This document shows positions 1 through 12,571 of a stretch of 64,000 nucleotides of DNA, piece after piece. The stretch is from Octopus vulgaris. Lineage: Eukaryota. Location: the NCBI GenBank assembly GCA_951406725.2, contig OX597826.1:66278001-66342000 (forward strand). The letters run 5' to 3'. Below the pieces are notes generated by a model that searched no databases, was not told the origin of the DNA, and was given only the letters and a program-made list of their open reading frames with translations. A program made the position numbers and the translations under genes. Numbering within the stretch: position 1 is the first letter of the stretch; every line of letters begins with the position of its first letter.

Positions 1-29
1 CGACTAGGTGCTGCTGGCTTAATTACGCA

Positions 30-151
30 CGACTCAAGTTAGAGAAGGAGTGCGTATTATACACAAGGTTTACGTTTTTCAGCGGTACAGCCCTCTAAAA
101 ATCCCCTGCGTATTATACTCAAGGGCGGACTATACTCGAAGATTTACGGTA
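30..151 (-). mobile_element. Terminal part of a Tc1/pogo-type MITE (same family as 4633-5144)
   Basis: Reverse complement of ~30-151 matches 4631-4751; ends in TATACTCGAAGATTTACGG followed by TA. Confidence 0.75.
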
Positions 152-315
152 TAGTCTTAATCTCATGAATGTTTAACTACTATTCACACTCGAAAGTTTT
201 GGAAATTAAATAATGGATAGAAATATATTCCACTTGAAGCTGTTATTCGTCAGAGATTTCTTGAATAAAAAATAGTGATCGTGGTTCTAATTTCACACGG
301 ATTGTAGTTACGTCA

Positions 316-560
316 CCTGTTCTGTGTGTTGTGCAACTGGTTCAGACAAAAGTCCTTGTCATCTGAGAAGAACCAGATCATCCCCAGCTCAACAGAATAT
401 TTCAGCTTGTTCAAGAACTTCTTTGCTTTCGTCAAGCGGTTCTCTTAGGCCTTGGCTGTCAGAATTTGTCCCTAACGCCTCTTATACGAGCGGTAGCGAT
501 GGTCCTGTTGCAGAACCAAGTTCATGGTGGCGATTATAACAATCATTTCTCTCGCCAAAA
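316..560 (-). pseudogene. Decayed Tc1/mariner-superfamily (maT/DD37D-like) transposase fragment
   Basis: Minus-strand translation with stops/frameshifts gives YRSYKRR*GQ.LTAKA*ENRLTKAKKFLNKLKYSVELGMIWFFSDDKDFC, matching the WFFSDEK first catalytic-D motif. A ~75-bp homologous piece lies on the + strand at ~1388-1460. Confidence 0.6.
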
Positions 561-807
561 CCGAACGCTGTTCTGTCATCACCTTGTCCTGCCGTTGTTG
601 GATGGATTCCGGCGTGCAGCTAAGCTCTTCTTAATTACAACTTCAATCTTTATTCTCTCCAACACGTTAAACTGTCCCTGAAAAAGGAGACATAAAGAAA
701 AAAAATCGCTAAATTTAGCCCGAATTCTCTGTATACGTTCGGCCTTTGAGTTTTATTTTCCTGTTCATCTCATCAAACTTGTTTCTTCGTAATGTTCGCT
801 TCTTTTA

Positions 808-1059
808 TTTTTCATCCGTTTTAATCATTAGATTGCGGCCATGCCGGAGTACCGCATTGAAGAATTTTTAGTCGAATGAATCGATGCCAATACTTACTTT
901 TTAAAGACTCCTACTTATTCTATCGGTTTCTTTTGTCGAACTGCCAAGTTACGGGGACGTAAATACACCAACGCCAGTTGCCATGCGGTGTTGGGGGACA
1001 AACATGAAACACATATACGTACATACATAGATACATACATACATACATACATACATACA

Positions 1060-1090
<31 letters not shown>

Positions 1091-1220
1091 GACAGGTTTC
1101 TTTCAGTTTCCACATTGGTTGGCCCGAGGCTATGGTAGAAGACACCGATGGTGTCACGCAGTGGGACTGAACCCAGAACCATGTGGCTGGGAGGAAGCTT
1201 CTTACGATATAGCCACGTCT
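808..1220 (-). mobile_element. tRNA-derived SINE family A, diverged copy with internal (CATA)n
   Basis: Homologous to the copies at 6792-7251 and 12086-12571 (head, internal microsatellite, GGCGGTGCTCCAGCATGGCCGCAG-type tail). Confidence 0.85.
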
Positions 1221-2759
1221 GAGATGGCAAAATAAATCTCAGACTTTTGAGACAATACTGATAGTCCGGAGTTGGCAAACCTCCATTAAAAAAACCCCAA
1301 AAAACCCCTGTAAAATGAATAAATTTGTGTAGCGTGATGAGGGTAAGAAATTCGAAGGCTTTATAAAAGATCTTTTGTCAGTGAAGAAATCACCACCATG
1401 AACTTGGCCCTGCGACAGGATCTTCGCTATCGCTCGTATAAGAGGCGCTAGGGACAAATTTTCTGTCACATTTTAAATCCTACCGTCCTGAAAAGGAAGG
1501 ATAAATTGGGTGATGTATTTAAGCAGAAAATGATATAAGCTCAAAACAAAGAATACCATTGGTTAAAATTCGAATAATTAAACTACGTTAAACTTAGAAA
1601 TTAGAATTTCGTTTTCAATTTGGTTTACAGTAATGTTTTCTTTTGACACATTCTACCAGTATACGAAGTTTCAAATTTTCTAGTTAGCTAGAAAATTCTG
1701 TCCATCTTTTAGAAAAGATCCCAGATACCTAATTCTCGAGAAAAAGACGGTATGGTCAAAGATGGCATGTCTTTGGTCTGGTTCTCTTGATGAAGGTTCA
1801 TTTGAAGTAATAGAATTCCAAGTTTTACGAACGGCCAAAATGCAGAATTACTTCCCTTACAATTGTTGTAGTAGGGAGTTATTTCCCTTAGCAGACTCTG
1901 ATTGTTGACGTTTCACCAAATATAAAGTTTATTTCATTGAAATTTTGTTTGATAGAATTTCTTGACCCTTAACAAGGCGTGTTAATTTCTCTATATTAAT
2001 AGTTAATGCATAAAATATGCAAAAGTAAGAACAGTAATACATGCACTAATGGTATAACTTTATTTACGAAATTACGTTTTTTGGCAAGCGAATTGCAGAG
2101 TCGTTAGAGCGTTAGATAAAATGCATCGCGATATTCGTTCCGACTCTCTGTGCTCTGTGTTCAAATCCCGCTGAAGACAAGAGTTCCTATTATCCTTTCG
2201 TTGTCTGTAAAAAGTAGAGCAACAGTCGTTGGAGCATCTGACATGAATCTTTGAGGTATCTTTACCTGTTCTGTACACTCTGAGTTCAAATCCAGCCTCA
2301 TCACCGAAAATCGATGATATATCTGTGAGGAGCAATCAGCAATTAAAAAAAAAAGCATGGTTTCTTTGGTTCGATGTTTCCCGAAATTAGAAAATAAATA
2401 AATAAATAATTAAGTAAATAACCAAGCAGGCAAACAAATATATAAATAAATCCATTTAATTTCTATTTCAGTTGGTCCCAAATAAAACTTCACAATTTTA
2501 GAAAGAAAATCGTTTAAGATATTGTTGTCTTAGCAATACAGGATGAGTGTGGATGAAATGCTTTTGTTCTTGATCAGAATTCATTCATGGTACCTTCTCT
2601 TCCATAACAACATCATCAACATGCCTTTTGTACACAAGGCAAAGGAGAAGTTTTTACTTGCAAGAAAAAGCAACTAAATCTCTCTTAAATCACATTATCA
2701 TCGCAGAAAAAAAAATGACGGTACACATCGAACAAGGTGGTCCTAACTATATTAAAAGA

Positions 2760-2955
2760 AGAAAGACAGGATGTTCATATCTTGGAATGCCGTTGATAAT
2801 AGGTTGGCTGGATCAGGTCTGACCTGGGGTTAAACAACAATAACTTTGCCACCAGATCTAATTTCTATATTGCCTGAAAAGACAAGATGGTCATAACTTG
2901 GAATGCTTTCGATAATATATCAGCTAGATCAGGTCTGATCTGAGGTTGAACAAAT
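2760..2955 (+). repeat. Two diverged tandem copies (~118-bp spacing) of a retroposon 3'-tail-like repeat
   Basis: AAAGACAGGATGTTCATATCTTGGAATGC...GATCAGGTCTGACCTGGGGTTAAACAA recurs at ~2878-2953; a related sequence is on the minus strand at ~24440-24520. Confidence 0.55.
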
Positions 2956-2981
2956 TCTCCACCAGCTCGATGTAATCTCGA

Positions 2982-3178
2982 GTGGCGAACCGCTGTTATT
3001 TTATTGATCTTCTTTGGCGAACCGTTAAGTTATTTTATCGATCTCCTTAGGCGAACTGCCAAGTTATTTTATCGATCCAAATTTGGCGAACTGCTAAGTT
3101 ATTTTATCGATCACGTTTGGCCAAAGACTGTGTTATTTTCTTGATCTCATTTGGCGAACCGCTAAGTTATTTTATCGT
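2982..3178. repeat. ~33-bp minisatellite, about 6 units
   Basis: Unit approx. GGCGAACCGCTAAGTTATTTTATCGATCTCATTT repeated head to tail. Confidence 0.85.
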
Positions 3179-3275
3179 GGTTTTAGGTGTTTTGTATCAT
3201 ATATGCACCATGTACGTTTTATTCTTATATATGTATGTGTATATAATTAAATTATACATATTCAATTTATGTATA

Positions 3276-3736
3276 TCTGTTATATAAAATCCGTTCTGTC
3301 TGTGTGTGTGTCTTCTAGGATCTCGGGCATCCTTCATCCGATTGCTCTCGAATTTGAAATGTAGATACCGACAGTATCAGGGCGTGTATAAGTCTTGAAA
3401 AAATTACAAAAATCGATTCCTGGTGGGAATACGATCGATAAAGCCGTGGGAACGTGCATTTGTACGCGCAAGTACATCAGCTTTTGCGATGTACTTACTG
3501 GTACTTTAAACTCTTCGGTTGCATATTTGTGTGAATAAAATCGTTTTTTTTTTTGGAATAGAAAATCGTTTTTCTTTGGAATCTTCTTTTGCTGGTGTCT
3601 CAAATTTAGGTTAAATCAGTGTTTCTCAAAGGGGATGCCTATGGGACGGTCGGACTAGTTGTTATGAAAAAATTTGGTTTAAATGTTTGACAACTCAGCA
3701 CAGTCCATTGGATGGGGGGGGGGGGCGTTTTGCTAG
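3276..3736 (+). mobile_element. Putative non-autonomous Helitron-like element
   Basis: Starts A|TCTGTTATATAAAA with a (TG)-rich subterminus like the Helitrons at 17998 and 18442; ends GGGGGCGTTTTGCTAG. Its 3' part is repeated at ~60667-60880. Confidence 0.45.
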
Positions 3737-3976
3737 GCGAGATAAAGATAGAACAGAGAAAGAGAGAATATGAGTAACAGGTACGAAATAAACATTAACA
3801 TATAGAGGGCATATGATTCGGGAGTGTCGTGTAGACTGTTTGGTCATGTTGCTCGATCTTCCGAGTTGGATCTTGTGCATCGTGTTCTCTTCTGCGGGGA
3901 TCCAGCTAGGGGTGACGGGTTGTGTTGTTCGGTCACATGCCACGTGGTAACGACAGATGAGGAAGTATATCGATGC

Positions 3977-4450
<474 letters not shown>

Positions 4451-4632
4451 AATGACTAAATGGGAGACTGCTGATAGGGTCGCCCGAGACGAAACCAACA
4501 AACGGTAGACGCAGTGACACGCAGCATAAAGGCATTCGTCAATACCTGACCTGAGGAGGGTTATGAAATGTGTGGCTGTTGTGATAAAATATAGTAGTTG
4601 TTCATATGTAAAAAAAAAGGTAACTTGATATA

Positions 4633-5144
4633 CTGTAAATCCTCGAGTATAGTCCGCCCTTGAATATAATACGCAGGGTATATTTAGGGGGCTGTACCTC
4701 TGAAAAACCTAAACCTTGTGTATAATACGCACCCCTCCTCTAACTTGAGTCAAGGACGTCTATATAATGTCCTTGGTTTGTAAAAATGTATACGGTAACG
4801 TCATTTATTATTATTGTATATATAACATAATGCAAATGTGTAGCTTTTTTGTGCATTTTGTTTGCAGAAAATAAAGAAATAACAGTAATAACAGTAATAA
4901 CGTTTAATAAGTTGCTTACTGCAAGTTATAGATGATTATTTTATGACTTCATTGCTTTCGGGCTTAGCTTAAGGTATTTTCGCCCCCGCCATCACAAAAT
5001 GATGAACATTACCGGACAGCAAATAGAGATTTGGACATTGCTTAGAAAATACTTTTTCATTTTTAACCTCGTATATAGTACGCACTAGGGATTTTGACCT
5101 TTAAATTTTGGGAAAAAAGGTGGATTATACTCGAGGATTTACGA
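4633..5144 (+). mobile_element. Tc1/pogo-type MITE with TA target duplication
   Basis: TIRs CTGTAAATCCTCGAGTATA / TATACTCGAGGATTTACGA, flanked by TA on both sides. Confidence 0.85.
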
Positions 5145-5171
5145 TAACTAAATACACCAAAATATGGGCCG

Positions 5172-5482
5172 AAGAAATGTTTCTTAGTTGAAGTACCTAA
5201 TTGTGCTGAGCAGACTTTGACAGCATTGATTGAACGATGGATTCTACCAGAGAGTCACATAGTAAACGATGGCTGGCGGTCTTACAATAACATTGGAATT
5301 CTAAATGGCGGTGCATACACTCACGAGGTGATTGTAAATAAAGAAGATTTCATCCATCTTGCCAATGAAGAGATCCACCGCAAAATATAGAAAATATGTG
5401 GATGCGCGTGAAACACGATTTACGTCGTCAACTTGGAACTTCAGAGACTTTGTTTGTTTCCAACTTGCACGAGTTCATATGA
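5172..5482 (+). pseudogene. Merlin (IS1016/ISXO2-like, IS1595 family) DDE transposase remnant
   Basis: Translation KKCFLVEVPNCAEQTLTALIERWILPESHIVNDGWRSYNNI...YTHEVIVNKEDFIH...H, then a frameshift to QNIENMWMRVKHDLRRQLGTS..LHEFI. This matches the ILPGSxIxSDxWxxY and HTQxIExxW motifs. Confidence 0.8.
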
Positions 5483-6068
5483 TGCAATTCAGTAGACAAG
5501 AATAAGTCCCTTTATTTCTTTTCATTATTTATGTCTCTTTACTTCTTTTTACGCGCATAAACTGAATAATTACCCAAAATACTATTGGCGCTGCTTAGTG
5601 ATAGAAATGTTACAGACTGTCTCCTTAAGAATGTAGCAGAAGAATTTCAAAAAATAAATAACGAAAAATAGCCGGAATTAAACGGTGTAAGGGAAATAAC
5701 TCTTTACAAGTCTCATACAAATTGTACATGAATTACTTCCCTTGTTCATCGTATCGCTGTCGGAGGTCTTTGTATCAATATCTGTTCTCTCTCTCTCTTT
5801 CTTTCTTTCTCTCCCTCTCTCTCTTCTGTACTAAGACAAAAGTATACCTGATGTCGCTTTCCCAACTATTTATCGTTAATGATATGACTAAGGTGTCTCA
5901 TCACAAATCCATGCTACTGTTTTTACTTGTTAACGGCCTTGTCTGAGGCCTCTAATTCCTCTGTGAAGTCGTAGAAGGTGTCATTATGACATGTAGTGGG
6001 TCGTTTCAGACATTTTTAGGCCTGTGATATCTATACTTCTTTGTATTTGATTATCAACGATTTCTTCC

Positions 6069-6128
<60 letters not shown>

Positions 6129-6483
6129 TAAACCGACGGACAGACATACAGACAATTAGAATGAAAGAAAGGAAGAAAGAGATAAGCAGCGTTGAATTAA
6201 CCATTAAGGAAAATAAGTACCTTCATAGGACAGCAAAGGAAGTGGTGGTGGTGGTGGTGGGGGGGGGGCATCACAGAAACGGTAAATAGTTTACGGCACA
6301 AAAGAAATCGCTTGAAACTTGCTAAAATAATATTCGATATGCCTTACCTCTACTAAGTATAGAAACAGATGTGTTACGTAAGGTTAATTTTGAGGATCTG
6401 ATCAAAGACTTTACAATTAGAACAAGTTGGAGAAAACTTTTCAAATATAAATAAAGTGGAAGTATATAATAAAATAAATAAAT

Positions 6484-6737
6484 GCGCCCTTTCTTAAAGC
6501 CTAGCAAGGCTCATGGGCCCGGTTTCCCGCTTTCTATGGCGTATGTATTCCCCAGCTGGACGGGACGCCAGTCCATCACATCGCAGCGTTACGCAGTTTT
6601 GCCAGCTGAGTGAACTGGAGCAACGTGAAATGTAGTGTTTTACTCAAGAACACAACGCGTCGCTCGGTCCAGGAATCGAAACCACAATCTTACGAACATG
6701 ATGCTGACACCGTAACCACTAAACCACGCGCCTCCAC
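6484..6737 (-). mobile_element. tRNA-derived SINE family C
   Basis: Reverse complement matches 43839-44088 (GGAGGCGCGTGG..TAGTGGTTA head, GGTTTCGATTCC B box, ATGGACTGGCGTCCCGTCCAG core). Confidence 0.85.
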
Positions 6738-6791
6738 TGGAAGTATATAAAGAAAACAAACAAAAAAAAAGCAAAACATTATTTCATTGTA

Positions 6792-6965
6792 GGCGTAGGA
6801 GTGGCTGTGTGGTAAGTAGCTTGCTTACGAACCACATGGTTCTGGGTTCAGTCCCACTGCGTGGCACCTTGGGCAAGTGTTTTCTACTATTACAGCCTCG
6901 GGCCAACCAAAGCCTTGTGAGTGGATTTGGTAGACGGAAACTGAAAGAAGCCCGCCGTATATATG

Positions 6966-6997
<32 letters not shown>

Positions 6998-7251
6998 TGT
7001 ATGTATGTATGTATGTATGTATGTATGTGTGTGTGTATGTTTGTGTGTCTGTGTTTGTCCGCCCCAACATCGCTTGACAACCGATGCTGGTGTGTTTGCG
7101 TCCCCGTAACTTGGCGGTTCGGCAAAAGAGAACGACAGAATAAGTGCTAGGCTTACAAAGAATAAGTCCTGAGGTCGATTTTCTCGACTAAAGACGGTGT
7201 TCCAGCATGGCCACAGTCAAATGACTGAAACAAGTAAAAGAGTAAAAGAGT
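6792..7251 (+). mobile_element. SINE family A, full length
   Basis: GGCGTAGGAGTGGCTGTGTGGTAAG head, GGTTCAGTCCC B box, (TATG)n, tail ending (GTAAAAGA)n. Confidence 0.92.
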
Positions 7252-7554
7252 ATCTTTCTGTTAGTTTTGTTTCATTTTGAAAAATGAAAATTCATTTTAT
7301 GTTTTATAATTGCTTATATTTTGAATGATACATGTACAGGAACACCAAAATCCTTTATAGGCCTTAATCCGGCCCGAGAGAGCTGAATCAACCCTCGTAA
7401 AAAAAATTATTAATTCATTTATCGGCCTTGAAAGGATTGAAAGGAAAGTTGACCTCAGCGGTATTTGATCTCAGAGTGCAGAAATTCAGAACGATTATCA
7501 CAATGCAGTCTATAAGATTGCTTTAACGAGTCTTTCGATCGGGCACCTATATAA

Positions 7555-7806
7555 TCACTGGACCGTACAAAAAAAAATTAAATTAAAATTTTTTTTTGCT
7601 AATTCATTGATTATATCTAGTCTGCAGGGTGGTTTTGTATCATATATGCTCCATGTACGTTTTATTCTTATATATATGTGTGTGCATATAATTTAATTAT
7701 ATATATTATTCACTTTACTGTGTTTTATGTGCATGAACTCCCGGTCCATAGAAAAATTGTGTTGCATGAAACTGGTCTGCAGTGCAAAAAAGTTTGGAAG
7801 CCGCAG
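7555..7806 (+). mobile_element. hAT/Charlie-like MITE remnant
   Basis: 3' end CCGGTCCATAGAAAAATTGTGTTGCATGAAACTGGTC...AAAAAGTTTGGAAGCCGCAG resembles Charlie-type termini; its internal part is repeated at ~3180-3265. Confidence 0.5.
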
Positions 7807-8130
7807 CCTTCGAGCTGTAAATAAGGGGTGGGAACGGTGGGTAATACTATTTCTTTTTTTTTTTTTTGCACTGTAATTTGACCTTTACATGCTTGTCGGC
7901 CCACAGCCATTGTCTCATCCTTCCGAATACCGGGCTGGTCTTGACCATCTTGCGATTTAGTTTGTCACTGAGACTACCTTAACAACTGATTGTGCGTCGA
8001 AGACAGGTAAAGGTGAGTTGCCTCCACCATCCCCTACACCTCGAATTATGACGGCCTCAAATTGTGATATTTGACTCACGTCTGACAGAGAACTTCACTT
8101 ATCCGGTCGACTTCACTATTCAAGTGGATC

Positions 8131-8790
8131 CAGGCTGCGAGCTGGCAGAATCGTTAGCACGCAGAGCAAAATGCTTAGCAGCATTTCGACCTTCTTCACG
8201 TTCTGAGTTCAAATTCCGCCGAGGTCAATTTTGTCTTTCATCCTTTGTGGGGTCGATAGATTAAGTACCAGTTGAACATCGGGATCGAAGTAATTGACTT
8301 ACTCCCTCCCACGAAAATTTGAAACCAAGGCAGCGAGCTGGCAGAGTCGTTAGCACGTAAGGCAAGATGTTTAGCTGCATTCCATCTGTCTTCGTGTTCT
8401 GAGTTCAAATTCCACCGAGGTCGAGTTTGTCTTTCATCCTTTTGGGGTCGATAGATTAAGTACCAGTTGACGGGATCGAAGTAATTGACTTACTCCCTCC
8501 CACGAATTTTGAAACGGCCTTGTCTGAGGTCTCTAACTAAATACACCAAAATATAGGCCGAAGAAATGTTCCAAGGCAGCGAACTGGCAGAGTCGTTAAG
8601 TTAGCAAGGAAGGCAAGATGTTTAGCGGCATTCCATCTGTCTTCATGTTCTGAGTTCAAATTTCGCCGTGGTCGACTTTGCTTTTCATCCTTTCGGGGTC
8701 GATAAATTAAGTACAAGTTAAACATTGGGTTTAAAGTAATTGACTTACCCACACCACTGAAATCGCTCGCCTTGTGCTGAAATTTTTAAT
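8131..8790 (+). mobile_element. Three head-to-tail copies of SINE family B
   Basis: AGGC.GCGAGCTGGCAGA head, GAGTTCAAATTC B box and GTCGACTTTGCCTTTCATCCTTTCGGGGTCGATAAATTAAGTACCAG-type core at ~8131, ~8328 and ~8573. Confidence 0.85.
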
Positions 8791-9426
8791 CAATATTCAA
8801 GTCGAGCATTGTGCTTGCCTCGCCAAAAGCATCCGCCAAGCTCTGCGTAATACCTGCACTATAAGGAACAGTGGTGCAGCGAACAACATCTCTCTCATTC
8901 AGCATCGGAGTGATATTGACCTTAACCGTGAGATGCGGCGCCTAAAATACATTAGAAACAGGCTTTATCTGTATGAATATACCTTCAGTTCAGTTGTGAG
9001 ATACCTCTTTGAGAAATACTGATATATAAAGCGACTGCAATGATGGCGATGGCTGGCTACAGCTTGGATTGACTCCTACTGTAACAGCAAACTGCGCAGA
9101 GATGGAGTTTATCAGCGTAACATGCCAATGTATAGGGACTTGGTAATGAGAGTTAGCTTTTCTGGATATCCAGTTCATATGAGTACCTTCCTCTTATCAC
9201 AGTAGTCCAGCCATTTCATGTCCTGGAACATTATCGACTACGTAACCAGCTTTTACGAATAATTGTTGCTGAACAGATTGAATAACAAGCGCTCTACAGA
9301 AACACCATCACCCACTCATTATGACCGAGATATTATTGTCTGATTGATATAGATCACACGCATACAGTAAAGTAGTGCGTGAAAATCCGAGTGACAATAA
9401 AGTGAATCATCAACTGTAAACCTATA

Positions 9427-9832
9427 CTCTTCTACTCTTTTACTTGTTTCAGTCATTTGACTGCGGCCATGCTGGAGCACCGCCTTTAGTCGAGCAAATC
9501 GACCCCAGGACTTATTCTTTGTAAGCCCAGTACTTATTCTATCGGTCTCTTTTGCCGAACCGCTAAGTGACGGGGACGTAAACACATCAGCATCGGTTGT
9601 CAAGCAATGCTAGGGGGACAAACACAGACACATACACACACATATATATATATATATATACATATATACGACAGGCTTCTTTCAGTTTCCGTCTACCAAA
9701 TCCACTCACAAAGCATTGGTCGGCCCGGGGCTATAGCAGAAGACACTTGCCCAAGATGCCACGCAGTGGGACTGAACCCAGAACTATGTAGTTGGTTAGC
9801 AAGCTACTTACCACACAGCCACTCCTGCGCCT
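9427..9832 (-). mobile_element. SINE family A, full length
   Basis: Reverse complement of the family sequence seen at 6792-7251. Confidence 0.92.
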
Positions 9833-10269
9833 ATGTATAAGTATAAGTTGTACTTTTTATGGCTGTGTTCATAGTATTGTCCTGGTTATGTGGAGAATTA
9901 AACCAAACTAGTTTTCCCTTCCTGGTTCCCCTCTGGTGTGGATTGGATGGGGGGTGGGGTACTACGTGTAAATCAATTTCTTACTGCCGCCATAGTATGG
10001 AGGAATAGTTTAAAATGTCACTATCCGAGGACAGATCGGTGGCTATTCTATTAATACTGGCTAGAAAGTCCACAATTATGGCTGGAGAGAGACTGAACTT
10101 TTTGTGAATGCATGCGGTATCCTCGTTTAGCTTTCTACGGGACTAATGTTTGTATTTAAGCAAAGGAAGTAGGTTATTGTTAGACCAGAATGATTCAAGC
10201 ACTCAATTAAATTATCATATAGCTGCTACACCAATATGGAGAGCTTCATTACATGCAGAGTATTGATAA

Positions 10270-10540
10270 AGAAGAATGTGAAGGCGACTTCAAAAACCGC
10301 TATACAAATCATATATCTTTCTTTTGGCACAGAGACGAAAGGAAAACCACGTCTGGGGTTTGAAGTTTAACGTCAAGCCACACACAATCAATTTTGAAAA
10401 TTGATGCCATATGTTAATGGATAAAAAAAAAATGCAAACTATGTAAGAAAATGCAAGCTGAAAGATCGGAGAACTCTAGATCTGAAATCTTCAGCAGATG
10501 TAAACATATGGATAAATTCCTGTTGGCAAATTGGAAAATA
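10270..10540 (+). pseudogene. Decayed Penelope-like element GIY-YIG C-terminal region
   Basis: Interrupted translation CEGDFKNRYTNH...HVWGLK...PYVNG*KKCKLC...RSEIFSRCKHMDKFLLANW fits the FKxRYxNH / CxLC / RSExxSxCRH pattern; a hammerhead-like motif follows at ~10770-10853. Confidence 0.55.
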
Positions 10541-10894
10541 CCACCATCTCCGAACTGAGCATATGTACCGCAGACACTAGACCCCTATCCGTTTAGCCGT
10601 TATAGCTTTACGGTCAAATGAGACACAATCTAATCCTCCCGTATTATTTTCCCTCTTTACCGTTCATTTTCCGGTGTTTTCACCATTCCGCCTTTTACAT
10701 CTACCTTCTCGCCTTTTCTCCTATTTTTTCTTATTCTATCGCCTTGCTTTAGCTTGTCTACGCCATGCGAGTACTATCTGAAGATTGTATGTAGGCATCA
10801 GACATTATATAAATGCAGTCTGTGGTGTTTTCATCGCATGAAACTAGTAGCACCTTATAAAAATATTTATTGTGTTCATTAAACTATATATATA

Positions 10895-11741
10895 AAGGGT
10901 GCGGGGAATATAATGTTTAAGTTACGCAAAAATGAAAATAACACTGACATCTCATTTTAACAGATATATTTACCAAAATTACATAAAAATATCTTGAAAT
11001 ACTAAAGAATAAATTTATTTAATAAAATCGTCATTGGCTTCAACTATGACCACCAGATAACTTCGGAATCTCCTGCAACTCTTCTGGACGGTCTCCTTGT
11101 TTAAGTCGGTGAAAGCTGTCATAACCGTTGCCTTCAGTTCATCTTTGGTGATACAAGGAGTTTTGTTGGTTTCTCGCTCAACTGAACCCACACAATAATC
11201 AAGGGGGTTGCAGTCTGGGGAGTTAGGTGGCTGATGTTAGGGGTGATGTTGTCGCAGACATTGTCTGATAGCCACGACTGGGTTCTCCTGCTTGTGTGGC
11301 ATGGTGCAGAGTCTTGTTGCCAGACATAAGGTCTTCCAGCAGCCACTCTCTTGACCCAGGGCAGCACTACCCCCTCCAGGCACTCTATGTTGAGTGTGAG
11401 GCCATGTGGGAAGATGAATGGAGGCATAACATCGCCATCACTAGTGATCACTCCAAACACCATGATATCACTCTCAGTAATGTTTTGGGGACACTGCAAG
11501 CCAATGGTTGTTCTGTGTGTTCACCATCTGCTCATATTGGAGCTTCCGGCGCGAATACCAAGCATTACAGCATGTCGTTTACAAATTTCTGGCAGAGTGA
11601 ATTGCGTCATGGTGCTGTTTTCCTCAGAGACGGTACCCAATTGGCCCTACTATACTGTGTAATCGACAAAATAAAAAACAAGCAATGCGCATGCACAAAA
11701 TTAAAAATATAAAATGGCAACAATTTACCCATTGCACCCTG
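10895..11741 (-). mobile_element. Internally deleted maT/Tc1-like DNA transposon
   Basis: ORF 11134-11499 MVFGVITSDGDVMPPFIF...YVWQQDSAPCHTSRRTQSWL, then PNSPDCNPLDY in a shifted frame; imperfect TIRs (C)AGGGTGC flanked by TA. Confidence 0.8.
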
Positions 11742-12085
11742 TATGTATGGTTTAAGAAGAGACAAATTTAGATAATCATCTTATAGATATGATTTATATC
11801 AGCATAATAAATACATAGAACACAATAAATACACCAAGACAAGGAACATATCAATATATTAATTAGAATAGAAATAATAAATACATGAGGTAAAAATATA
11901 CATGCAAAGGATAAGTAGATAAAGTGTGATACATAGATTAGAAATCATATTAAATCTAAGATTTAAAATGTTGAATTAAGAATTAAAAGTTGTAAGATAC
12001 GTCGACGGCGGTGAGAAAACATAAAAATGGATTTATAAGTCAGAGAAATGATAAGGATAAATTTGTTTTAAGAGTTTTAAAGTAA

Positions 12086-12244
12086 GGCGCTGGAGTGGCT
12101 GTGTGGTAAGTAGCTTGCTTACCAACCACATGGTTCCGGATTCAGTCCCACTGCGTGGCACCTTGGGCAAGTGTCTTCGGGCCGACCAAAGGCTTGTGAG
12201 TGGATTTGGTAGACGGAAACTGAAAGAAGCCTGTCGTATATATG

Positions 12245-12317
<73 letters not shown>

Positions 12318-12571
12318 GTATATATATATGTATGTGTGTGTATTTGTTTGTGTGTCTGTGTTTGTTCCTTCCCCACCAACATCGCTTGACAACTGATGCT
12401 GGTGTGTTTACGTCCCTGTAACTTAGCGGTTCGGCAAAAGAGACCGATAGAATAAGTACTAGACTTACAAAGACTAAGTCCTGGGGTCGATTTGCTCGAC
12501 TAAAGGCGGTGCTCCAGCATGGCCGCAGTCAAATGATTGAAACAAGTAAAAGAGTAAAGAGTAAAAGAGTA
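12086..12571 (+). mobile_element. SINE family A, full length
   Basis: Family head, internal (TA)n/(TATG)n and family tail. Confidence 0.92.

Noticed and set aside
460-1460. ~75-bp inverted repeat as TIRs of one element
   Set aside because: Both arms are internal transposase-coding fragments of a maT-like family, not termini.
5172-5482. Bacterial IS1595 contamination or recent horizontal transfer
   Set aside because: Decayed and embedded among eukaryotic repeats; eukaryotic Merlin transposons explain it.
7890-8020. Possible exon bounded by CAG and GTAAAG/GTGAGT
   Set aside because: Stops in all three frames and a weak polypyrimidine tract.
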